64,000 bases of DNA from Pontiella sp. (lineage in GTDB: Bacteria > Verrucomicrobiota > Kiritimatiellia > Kiritimatiellales > Pontiellaceae): positions 1 to 64,000 of the forward strand of contig JBNKHE010000003.1 in assembly GCA_050290185.1 (NCBI GenBank). The letters are read 5' to 3'. Position numbers and translations under genes: made by a program. The first letter of the stretch is position 1. Every line of letters begins with the position of its first letter. Under the pieces are notes generated by a model. The model saw only the letters and a list, made by a program, of their open reading frames with translations, ran no database searches and had not been told where the DNA came from. Shown here piece by piece: positions 27,561 to 36,477 of this stretch.

Positions 27561-27887
27561 TCTCAGGTTCTATCCATCGGGTACGCAGATGGTTGAGACC
27601 CAAAAGGCGCGCTTGCGCTTTCCGCATATGGGCCGAATAGGGCGTTCCGGAAAAAAAAGATTACCTGCTGAAGGGATAGATGGGTCTCTACGCCTTCTAA
27701 TCCCCGCGGAAAATGCAAGGCATCGTTTATGCGGAGCTTCACGAGATTTCCCGCAGATGAAGGAGGTGCGTGGGTTTCGCAAATGGGCCGTGAAGTGAAG
27801 TAGGAACCGTTTCGAGAAAATGTGTTTCGATGAGAATCCGTGGACATGCTCGGGGGCATGGATATATGGATGAATCCGTCAAAAAAG

Positions 27888-27925
27888 AGGTTGTATATGT
27901 AAATACGTAGGTTGCATATGTCAAT
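27888..27925 (+). promoter_or_regulatory. 17-bp direct repeat with 4-bp spacer, candidate AraC-family operator
   Basis: AGGTTGTATATGTAAAT-ACGT-AGGTTGCATATGTCAAT. Confidence 0.45.
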
Positions 27926-28177
27926 TTAAATGATGTGGATTATAAGGCAATAAGCCAGGAATTGGTAAAAATAACGAATAAACCCGATGCCCTAAAAGCT
28001 GATGGAAGATCTCTAAGAATTTCAGTGGTTGAAATTGTATAATTGATGGTTGTTGTGGGTAGTTGTAAAAAAAATGGTCATCAACCAGATTATACCCTGA
28101 CAATTGGAATAGGTGTACCGTGCTGGCAGCGTGCCGAGGGATGCCTGCCAGCGATAGAGAATATAAAGGAGATAAAA

Positions 28178-30844
28178 ATGAAGAGGATATTAATAGCTGC
28201 CGTGGTTGCAACGTTGTGTGTGTCGGCAGCGCATGCGATAGATATACTCAGGTTGCCGGGTTCGACTGATTTGACGGACACCAACTATTGGGACGGGGGT
28301 GCGCTTCCCGGAGGCGATAACGTGGCGCTCTTTGACGCGAACACGCTTCTGGATACGAACAGCGTTACCTTTACCGGTGCGGGAAACAGCGCGGAAGGCG
28401 GTGCTGGAGCTGCAACATGGGGATTCGGTGGTTATAAATTTCTGAATACCATCGGGCCGATTAACTTTTCCACGGCCAACGTTCAGTATATCTATGGGCT
28501 CGGCGTGACGGTATCGAATGCCGCCTATGATGTTACCTTCGAAAATATCCGGTGCAACAGAAGCCAGATGTCCGACGATTGGTATATTCACACCAACAGT
28601 GTGTTGAGAGCGAATTATATCAGTGCCGGCGGCGGCAGAAGCTATTACACGATTCCGATTAAAGGTGGCGGAACAGTCCTGGTCAACGGATCGGCAGCGG
28701 TCGGCTCCGGTACCCGTCTGTCGTTCGATGTATCCGGTGTAGGCACGACCATCGGCGGCAACGGCACCTGGCAACCGAACACCTGCGACACCACGTATGG
28801 CATGGTCGTCGGAGCTGACTCAGTCATCGCTCCGGGTGAGATTACTGTAAGTAATGAAGTGGGCACCTTGACGATTGATAGCGCCTTCGACGGCGTACCC
28901 TGCCTGTACCTCAGCAACTCCATTGTCAAGTTTGATCTCGGATCAGGCGTGGGGTCTACATATGCTCTGCCCAGCAGTGACTCGGACCAGGTACTTCTGA
29001 CCAGCATGGCTGCTGGGGATGTTGTGGTAACGAATGTCGTTATCGACCTGCAAAACTCCGACAGTGACGGTGTATTCAGACTGTTCGATACCGATGGCGG
29101 CTCCAACACCTGGGTTGGTCTCACCCTTTCCGGGCAGGAAATTACCGGCGGGTTCTCCCTGATTAATGTGGCGAGTGCTCAATACTCGCTGGTTATGGGT
29201 GATGGAACCACCGGTGAAGATGGTGACATCTATCTGGTGATCGGTACTCTTGGTGAACAATATGTCCCGGCCAATGTGACCTGGACTGCGGGAACCGGCG
29301 ACTGGGATATCGACACCTCCCTCAATTGGGACAATGGTTCCGGTGCCTCGGTATATTTTGAAGCGGGTGGCATCGGTGACGCTGTTATTTTCGATGACAC
29401 GGCCGTTGGTGGAACCATTACATTGAATACCAATGTTTACCCATCGGCGGTGACCATTGATTCAACATATGACTACACCATCACCGGTACGGGCGCCATT
29501 CTTGGAAGTACAGCGCTGACCAAAACTGGCAGCGGCACATTCACTACGGGACTATCCGATTCCTATAGTGGTGGTACAAGCATCGGAGGTGGCACGGTTG
29601 AATTAAGCAGCACGGGCGCCACCTTGGGAAGTGGTGCAGTAACCCTCACGAACGACGCGCTTTTGATAAGGTATCGTGGCAACACCTCTGACGGCGGATA
29701 TTCGGAAACAGCCAGCACGTTTGCCAATGAGCTGATCATTCCTGCCGGCGCTACCGGCACGGTCTGGAACACGCCACGCGGAACCTGGTCCGGAGCGCTC
29801 ACGGGGTCCGGAACATTCAACCTGCGGATCAATGCGACGCGGGGTGATTTTACGGGTGATTGGTCGGCATTTACCGGTCAGATCAATGTTGCCAGCCGGA
29901 CCGGTGCTGATGATTTCCGCATCGCATTGGGCTATGGAAGCGGCCTTCAGTTGGCATCTGGCAAGCTCAACCTCACAGATGGTGTCTACATGTACCAGAC
30001 GGTGAACGCAAACTCCGGCAGCGACGGGACGCCGCATAACATCGGTGAACTTTCCGGAACGTCTGGGGCAATCATCGGAGGAAACCCGATTGGCGGTCGT
30101 TATGCCAATTGGGTCGTCGGCGCACTCAATACCGACTCAACCTTTGCCGGAACGATTCAGGACAATCCTGTAGCAGATCCGTGGGGTGGATATGGCGCGG
30201 CGAAACTCACCAAAGTAGGCACGGGTATGCTGACGCTCAGCGGGACCAACACCTACTCCGGCGCCACGACCGTCAATGGCGGAACACTGTACATTTCCGG
30301 GGCGATCGGCGCTGCCACCACTGTAGCCAGTGTCACGGTCAATACGAACGCGGCTATTGGTGGTAGCGGTGCGATTGATGGCAACCTTACGATGAATGAT
30401 GGTGCACTGTTCGCCTTCGCCGCGGGTGACACCCTGTCGGTATCGAGCAGCCTGAACTTCACCACCAACACCTTTGGTGCCGATGATGTTGTTGGCATCG
30501 CAAGCAACACGGTGGAAGCAACCTACACCTTGATCGACGGGTTTACCAATACCCTGTCGGGAATCGATACGGCCGCGTACATCGTCAACGGACATTCGTG
30601 CAATTTGCAAGTCGCCGCCGGCAGTCTCCAGCTGGTCGTTGGCACGGGAGTGATTCCGGATATCAGCGGCATCTCCATCTCGGGTGGCTTTGCAACCCTG
30701 TACTGGGAGTCCGGCGCCTATAACGTCTATACCAACAGAAACCTGGGCAATGCGGGTGGATGGGGCATAGCGACGAACGCCGCCACGCCGGTTTCCATTC
30801 CGGTCGGTAACGGAAGCGAGTTGTTCTTCAGATTGGGCAATTAG
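28178..30844 (+). CDS. Secreted G/T/S-rich beta-helix protein with autotransporter-associated beta-strand repeats and C-terminal domain (no beta-barrel)
   Basis: AAGGAG RBS, signal MKRILIAAVVATLCVSAAHA; LTKTGSGTFT...SYSGGT and LTKVGTGMLTLSGTNTYSG. Confidence 0.85.
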   Translation: MKRILIAAVVATLCVSAAHAIDILRLPGSTDLTDTNYWDGGALPGGDNVALFDANTLLDTNSVTFTGAGNSAEGGAGAATWGFGGYKFLNTIGPINFSTANVQYIYGLGVTVSNAAYDVTFENIRCNRSQMSDDWYIHTNSVLRANYISAGGGRSYYTIPIKGGGTVLVNGSAAVGSGTRLSFDVSGVGTTIGGNGTWQPNTCDTTYGMVVGADSVIAPGEITVSNEVGTLTIDSAFDGVPCLYLSNSIVKFDLGSGVGSTYALPSSDSDQVLLTSMAAGDVVVTNVVIDLQNSDSDGVFRLFDTDGGSNTWVGLTLSGQEITGGFSLINVASAQYSLVMGDGTTGEDGDIYLVIGTLGEQYVPANVTWTAGTGDWDIDTSLNWDNGSGASVYFEAGGIGDAVIFDDTAVGGTITLNTNVYPSAVTIDSTYDYTITGTGAILGSTALTKTGSGTFTTGLSDSYSGGTSIGGGTVELSSTGATLGSGAVTLTNDALLIRYRGNTSDGGYSETASTFANELIIPAGATGTVWNTPRGTWSGALTGSGTFNLRINATRGDFTGDWSAFTGQINVASRTGADDFRIALGYGSGLQLASGKLNLTDGVYMYQTVNANSGSDGTPHNIGELSGTSGAIIGGNPIGGRYANWVVGALNTDSTFAGTIQDNPVADPWGGYGAAKLTKVGTGMLTLSGTNTYSGATTVNGGTLYISGAIGAATTVASVTVNTNAAIGGSGAIDGNLTMNDGALFAFAAGDTLSVSSSLNFTTNTFGADDVVGIASNTVEATYTLIDGFTNTLSGIDTAAYIVNGHSCNLQVAAGSLQLVVGTGVIPDISGISISGGFATLYWESGAYNVYTNRNLGNAGGWGIATNAATPVSIPVGNGSELFFRLGN

Positions 30845-31058
30845 GGTAATGAACCTGCAGGAAGCTCGTCCCGCTTTTCCGGCGGGACGGTATTCCTGCC
30901 TTTGAACCAGGAGCAGAACCCGCATGCGCGTGGGATTTCATGAATGAGGTTCGCTCCTGCTGTTTGAAATCAATTTTTCTTGAATGCTAAATCGCATGGT
31001 TCAAATGAGAAAAATCGTTCCGGTTGGAGTAATCGGGATAAAACATAAAAGGAGAAAA

Positions 31059-31784
31059 ATGAAAATGAAGAAGCTAGTAATTGCAGGCGCTTGCCTGGCA
31101 ATGGGGATGGCGGCACATGCCGATGTGTTTTCTGTCACTACGGCTGATGGGGGTGGCCTTGACGGCACACTTATTGAGAACGACGGCGCATACAATGGTG
31201 CTTTCGATACGACTGGTGGCCTGACTGATTATCAGTATACTGGTATTCGGCACTATACGCCGGTCTTAAAATGGGACCTGAGCGGTTTCACGGGGAACAG
31301 CGCCGACATTACGAACGCGTATATTGTTCTTACGGCTGCGGGCGGGGGGTACACCCGGACGTACAACTTCATGGAATACAACGGTGCAGATTCGGACATC
31401 ACGACGTCCCTCCTGTACGATGCCGCCAATCCATTCATCGACAACGCGTATGTTCCGGAAACCGATGTTGACGATGATTTTGTCAATCTCACTACGGTGT
31501 TCGCAGGAAACATTACCGGCACCGCCGGCCTCGCAAACACGGTGGGAAGCGGTGATGCGGCGCTTCTTTCTTCCCTCCAGTCTGCGATCAACGACGATGG
31601 GTATGTCACATTTGTGATGAGTGGAAACAATCGGCCGCTTTACATGTACAGCGCCGAATCGGGAACCGGACTGGGTTATGAGCCGACCTTGGTTCTGGAG
31701 ACTGTTCCGGAACCGGGCACGCTGACGCTGGTTGGTTTCTTTGGCGCGGGGGTATTGTTTATCCGTCGTTGCTTCAGGATCTAA
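31059..31784 (+). CDS. PEP-CTERM sorting domain protein
   Basis: Signal peptide; C-terminus VPEPGTLTLVGFFGAGVLFIRRCFRI. Confidence 0.92.
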   Translation: MKMKKLVIAGACLAMGMAAHADVFSVTTADGGGLDGTLIENDGAYNGAFDTTGGLTDYQYTGIRHYTPVLKWDLSGFTGNSADITNAYIVLTAAGGGYTRTYNFMEYNGADSDITTSLLYDAANPFIDNAYVPETDVDDDFVNLTTVFAGNITGTAGLANTVGSGDAALLSSLQSAINDDGYVTFVMSGNNRPLYMYSAESGTGLGYEPTLVLETVPEPGTLTLVGFFGAGVLFIRRCFRI

Positions 31785-31814
31785 TTATAAGCAATCAGGT
31801 TTTATGATTCCCGG

Positions 31815-31870
31815 GGCCGCCGAGGTTCTTTTTCCGAACAGGATCGGAAGGAAATTCGGCGGCTCTTTTT
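31815..31870 (+). terminator. Hairpin with T tail after the PEP-CTERM gene
   Basis: GCCGCCGA...TCGGCGGC-TCTTTTT. Confidence 0.55.
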
Positions 31871-31889
31871 ACATAAGGAGCAAGACTAC

Positions 31890-33956
31890 ATGAGAAAGAT
31901 CCTCCCAGCCGGCATGCGATTGGAATTCGAGCCAAAACAGATTTCATCCCTGTGGCTAAGTGCCGTTCTTTTCTTGTGTCTGGTCGCTCGGCCGACGCAG
32001 GTGCATGCGGTCAATGTCGCTTGTGTAGGCGACAGTATCACCTACGGCTACACGATTCCTAGTCAGAGCTATCCCACTCAATTGCAGGCCCTTTTCAATG
32101 CACGTGACGGGGCGGGGGCGTACAGTGTCGGAAATTTCGGCATCAGCGCCCGTACACTGAGAGACGATGGCGATCGCCCTTATACGGCGGAAAACATCTA
32201 CGCCGCATCCCTGGCCTCGAATCCGGATGTCGTAGTCATTATGCTGGGCGCGAACGATGCGAAAGTGGGCGTGAACTGGAACGTGGCGGCCAAGGACGGC
32301 ACCAACACCTCGATCAATATCTACAACGACGATTATGCCGCTCTTATTGAAAGCTACCGGACACTTCCTTCAGCGCCTAAAATATTGATCTGCTCCCTCG
32401 TTCCCGTGCGAACCGTGGGCTCGGGGACCGACTACGGCATTTCCGCGACGGTGATCGACAACGAAATGTGCCCGTCCATCCGCACGACCCTATCAGCTCC
32501 GGCTGATGTCGGCATGATCGAGCTGAACGCGATCTTCCCGCATGATAATACGGCCTACTACATCTCCGACTTGATTCATCCGAGCGCAACGGGCTACGCT
32601 TTTATCGCGGACAAGATTTACAATGCCATCCGCACCACGTTCGATCCGGACTGGAACACCTTTCCTCTGGATGGCGATCCCTACGTCGAGGAGCCGTCGA
32701 TCAGCTGGTCGCCGAACCCGGAGGCGGTTGAATACAATGTATACTTCGGTACAAACGAGTCGGCCGTCGCGTCTGCCACGTCGGCTTCGCCCGAATACAG
32801 ACAAACCACAACCTCACTTTCCTATGCGACCGGGATGGACAGCCAGTCCGACTATTTCTGGCGCATCGATACCGTTACGGTCCTGACAACCAACCAAGGG
32901 CCGGTGCGGTCGTTTACCACCGGATTGCTTTCGGGATCGGGCCGCAGCATTTCGTTTAATTTTAGGAACGCCTCCGATGAAGGCTTTGCGGGCGGGCAGC
33001 TGATCGGTCCATTGGCGACGGACAGCGCAACCTGGAATGCCGGGACCGGCGCATCCGGCGTCCTGGCCGGTCTGATCGATGACCACGGCACGGCGACCGG
33101 GGCCTCGATACAGTGGGCGACCGACCACACCTGGGTCAACGGAGATGGCATTGCCGACGACGAGCATCGTTTGTCGACGGGCTATCTGGACGATAATCTG
33201 GGTGGTTATCCCATCGTAACCGTCAGCAATATTCCATACACCGCATATACCGTATACGGATTGTTTGCCTCGGATCAGGCACAACCCTGCGGCATGGTGA
33301 ACTATCAGGTGAACGGCACATGGACGCTGGGCGGCAGTGCTGTGACCGTGGCATCGGCCTGGGGCACCATTGACGAAAACCTTGCCGACCACGGCGAAAA
33401 TTGGACGAAAGTCGTTTCTGGTTCGGTCCAGGGAAACTATTGGAGTGTGGAAACCACCGGCAGCGTCTGCCACATCGAAGGCCAATCCAAAAACGGCGGC
33501 AACCGGGGATGCCTGACCGGCCTGATCATTGAGGAACTTCCCGATACGGATGGCGACGGCATCCCGAACAGGGATGATTCCGATGATGACGGCGACGGAA
33601 TGCCCGATCGGTGGGAGGCGACCCATGCCCTGAATCCGCTTATGAACGACGGCGCCGGAAATCCCGATTCCGATGCCTACGACAACCATGCTGAATATGT
33701 AGCCGATACCGATCCGCAGGACGGATATTCCTGGCAATCCTTTTCGATGGAAATGGATGCGGGTACCGCGGAGCGGATGTTGCATTTCAGCACATCATCC
33801 AACCGGCAGTATGCCGTGGAATACAGCAACGATCTGGTTTCAGGCAACTGGCAGCCCCTCGAACCAGCCGCCGAGGGAACGGGATCGGAAAGGACCATAA
33901 CCGATGCCACAACGTCCAGTAACCGTTATTACCGACTCTGGTTGGCGGTGCCATGA
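31890..33956 (+). CDS. Secreted SGNH/GDSL esterase + accessory domains + TSP3-like repeats + C-terminal domain
   Basis: VACVGDSITYG, NFGIS, MLGANDAK, DLIHP; DTDGDGIPNRDDSDDDGDGMPDRWE. Confidence 0.88.
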   Translation: MRKILPAGMRLEFEPKQISSLWLSAVLFLCLVARPTQVHAVNVACVGDSITYGYTIPSQSYPTQLQALFNARDGAGAYSVGNFGISARTLRDDGDRPYTAENIYAASLASNPDVVVIMLGANDAKVGVNWNVAAKDGTNTSINIYNDDYAALIESYRTLPSAPKILICSLVPVRTVGSGTDYGISATVIDNEMCPSIRTTLSAPADVGMIELNAIFPHDNTAYYISDLIHPSATGYAFIADKIYNAIRTTFDPDWNTFPLDGDPYVEEPSISWSPNPEAVEYNVYFGTNESAVASATSASPEYRQTTTSLSYATGMDSQSDYFWRIDTVTVLTTNQGPVRSFTTGLLSGSGRSISFNFRNASDEGFAGGQLIGPLATDSATWNAGTGASGVLAGLIDDHGTATGASIQWATDHTWVNGDGIADDEHRLSTGYLDDNLGGYPIVTVSNIPYTAYTVYGLFASDQAQPCGMVNYQVNGTWTLGGSAVTVASAWGTIDENLADHGENWTKVVSGSVQGNYWSVETTGSVCHIEGQSKNGGNRGCLTGLIIEELPDTDGDGIPNRDDSDDDGDGMPDRWEATHALNPLMNDGAGNPDSDAYDNHAEYVADTDPQDGYSWQSFSMEMDAGTAERMLHFSTSSNRQYAVEYSNDLVSGNWQPLEPAAEGTGSERTITDATTSSNRYYRLWLAVP

Positions 33957-34290
33957 TGGAAGTGTGCGGTATCCGGTTCGATCCACCTGACGGGGGACGT
34001 CAGCAGCAGTACTGTTTTTTTGTTTGGTGGTTCCGGGTTCTACCGGGTGAACGGGGAGTAGCACGAGGGGGGGATACGCTGTAGATTTCGCGTTATTCAG
34101 GGAAGTGGTCCGGCCCTTTGGGTTATGTCTGCACAAGCATAATGGATGTGAAAGATGGTTTGAATCTCTTCTGGATGCCCATCCGCAAATATCAAGTAGG
34201 TTCAGATTTGTATATTTGTGGGCTGTTCTGCTTTATTGTTATATCATCATGGCTTGGTAAAGTGCCTGATCTTTAAGTCATGTTGTTGCG

Positions 34291-36477
34291 GTGGCAACCA
34301 TGAGTACGTGTGTGTCCGGAAAAGTGGGGATTTGTATGTTATCAAAAATGTTCAGGCGCGGATTATTGTTTGCCGTGGTCCCGATGTGCGTGCTGGCCGG
34401 TGCTGCTAGTGGAGCCGAGACTGCGGGCGATTTTTTCAGGTTTTCAGCTGAACCTCCGGCGCTTGCAGAATACGAATCGGCCATTCAAAGCAAGGGGGTG
34501 GTTGAGGCGGCAGACCGCTCGTTTGTGGCCGGCGGGACCTATGGACCGAAGCTTTTCAGCCGGGATGCTGCCGATCCGGATGCTGCATGGGCCCCCTGTT
34601 CGGAGCCCCCGGCAAGCCTTGGCGAGTCCCCCGTCATTGCCGTTCAGGGGGGAAAGCTTTACGTCACAGGTGCGGGCACGGATGGTACGCTTTCCTTTGA
34701 GTACAATCCGCTGAATAACCGCTGGAAAACGATCATGCCGGCCGATCAGGACATGCGCGGTTATGTCGGAACGTCGTGTGGCAACGATCATATTCTCTAC
34801 TTTAACGGGAACAAGGCCGATGACCGGATTATTGCCTATCACCGGATCACCGATGAGTGGTTTGAAATCGGTCTTCTGCCCCGGGCCATTCAGGCAACGG
34901 GTGCCGTTTCGGAAGGGGATGCATTCATCGTCTTTTCACCGTCCACGGCGATAGCGGGCAAAGCGGTTTTGCAGCCCACGGCCTATCACTGGGTCAACCA
35001 TCTGGTCGTCGCGGCACTGCTGCTGGCCATTATCGGGATCGGAGCCGTGATGTCGCGCAGGGAAAAGTCGGCCGGCGACTATTTCCGCGCCGGCAACCGT
35101 ATTCCATGGTGGGCGGCCGGATTGAGTATGTTTGCGGCTCTGGCCAGTGCCATCAGCCTGATGTCGATGCCAGGGAAGGGATATTCGACCAACTGGATCT
35201 ATTTCTCGATCTCTATTTTTACCGTACTGATCCAACTGCCGATCCTCCTGATCTATTATGTGCCGTTGGCCCGGCGCCTGAAGGTTTCCACGGCCAATGA
35301 ATATCTGGAGCGCCGTTTTGGGCTGCCCGCCCGCATGCTCGGCTTTACCTTTTTCACGCTGAACCAGGTACTGATCCGTGTGGGGGCGATCCTCCTGCTT
35401 CCATCGATGGCGTTGAATTCGATTTTTGGTCTTCCGCTTTCGACCTGCATCCTGATCATGGGCGGAGTGACGATTCTGTTTGTGACCATGGGCGGGCTGG
35501 AAGCCGTGGTTTGGGCCGATGTGCTGCAGGCGGTGGTGATGGTCAGTGCCATTGTGATCTGTATGCTGTGGGCGCTCTTCTCGCTGCATCTGGTTCCCTC
35601 CGAAGCGATGGAAATTCTGCACCATCAGGACAAGTTGAAGTTGTTTGATTTCCGCATGGACTTCTCTTCTCCGGTGGCGGTGGTGCTGGCGGCCAACATC
35701 CTGGCATTTGCGCTGGGGATGATTGGAGACCAGAACTTTATCCAGCGCGTTCAGTGCACCCACAACGAAAACGATTCGCGCAAGGCCATGATCACCCAGC
35801 TGGCTATCGCTGTGCCCCTGAACCTGATCCTGTTCGTGTTGGGCACGCTGCTGTTCCTCTACTACAAAACCCGGCCGGAAGTGCTTAACCCGGCCCTTAA
35901 ACCGGAAGGGGTCTTCCCGCTCTTTGCTGCTCAGAATCTGCCGGTTGGACTGCCCGGCGTGGTCGTTGCCGCGCTGCTGGCGGCTACCATGTCGACGGTG
36001 GCCGGTGCGCTCAACAGCGTGGCCAATCTCGGTGTTGAAGATGTATACCGCCGGTTTAATCCCAATGCCAGCGATCACAAATGCCTGATTCTCGGCCGAA
36101 TTCTGACGGTTGGCTTCGGACTTATCGGCACCGGCTTTGCGTTATGGATCGGATCCACCAACCGGCTGGACTCGGTCTGGGACCTCTCCTTTATTCTGAT
36201 GGGATATGTGCTGGCTCCATTGACCGGAATCTATGTGCTGGGTGTTTTTACAAAACGCGCAAATTCAATGGGTGCATGGGTGGGTGCCTTCGCCGGTGTG
36301 GTTTCCTGTTTTCTGGCCAAGAAGTATCTGCACCTCAACTCGCTGGCCTATCTGCCGTTCGTCATGTTTACCTGCATTATCGTGGGATATCTGGCAAGTC
36401 TCGTGCTGCCGGGCCGCAAGGTCGATCTGACCGGTCTGACGGCGTTCACGTTGCTGGAAAAGGACAATGACGGTTAG
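34291..36477 (+). CDS. Sodium:solute symporter with N-terminal Kelch-like domain (start may be downstream, e.g. 34348)
   Basis: DYFRAGNRIPWWAAGLS, EYLERRFG, GGLEAVVWAD, DQNFIQR, AATMST; N-terminal GKLYVTG...YNPLNNRW. Confidence 0.9.
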   Translation: MATMSTCVSGKVGICMLSKMFRRGLLFAVVPMCVLAGAASGAETAGDFFRFSAEPPALAEYESAIQSKGVVEAADRSFVAGGTYGPKLFSRDAADPDAAWAPCSEPPASLGESPVIAVQGGKLYVTGAGTDGTLSFEYNPLNNRWKTIMPADQDMRGYVGTSCGNDHILYFNGNKADDRIIAYHRITDEWFEIGLLPRAIQATGAVSEGDAFIVFSPSTAIAGKAVLQPTAYHWVNHLVVAALLLAIIGIGAVMSRREKSAGDYFRAGNRIPWWAAGLSMFAALASAISLMSMPGKGYSTNWIYFSISIFTVLIQLPILLIYYVPLARRLKVSTANEYLERRFGLPARMLGFTFFTLNQVLIRVGAILLLPSMALNSIFGLPLSTCILIMGGVTILFVTMGGLEAVVWADVLQAVVMVSAIVICMLWALFSLHLVPSEAMEILHHQDKLKLFDFRMDFSSPVAVVLAANILAFALGMIGDQNFIQRVQCTHNENDSRKAMITQLAIAVPLNLILFVLGTLLFLYYKTRPEVLNPALKPEGVFPLFAAQNLPVGLPGVVVAALLAATMSTVAGALNSVANLGVEDVYRRFNPNASDHKCLILGRILTVGFGLIGTGFALWIGSTNRLDSVWDLSFILMGYVLAPLTGIYVLGVFTKRANSMGAWVGAFAGVVSCFLAKKYLHLNSLAYLPFVMFTCIIVGYLASLVLPGRKVDLTGLTAFTLLEKDNDG

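Noticed and set aside
28178..30844. Classical type V autotransporter
   Set aside because: Passenger-type repeats are present but there is no C-terminal beta-barrel; it ends in the short FFRL module
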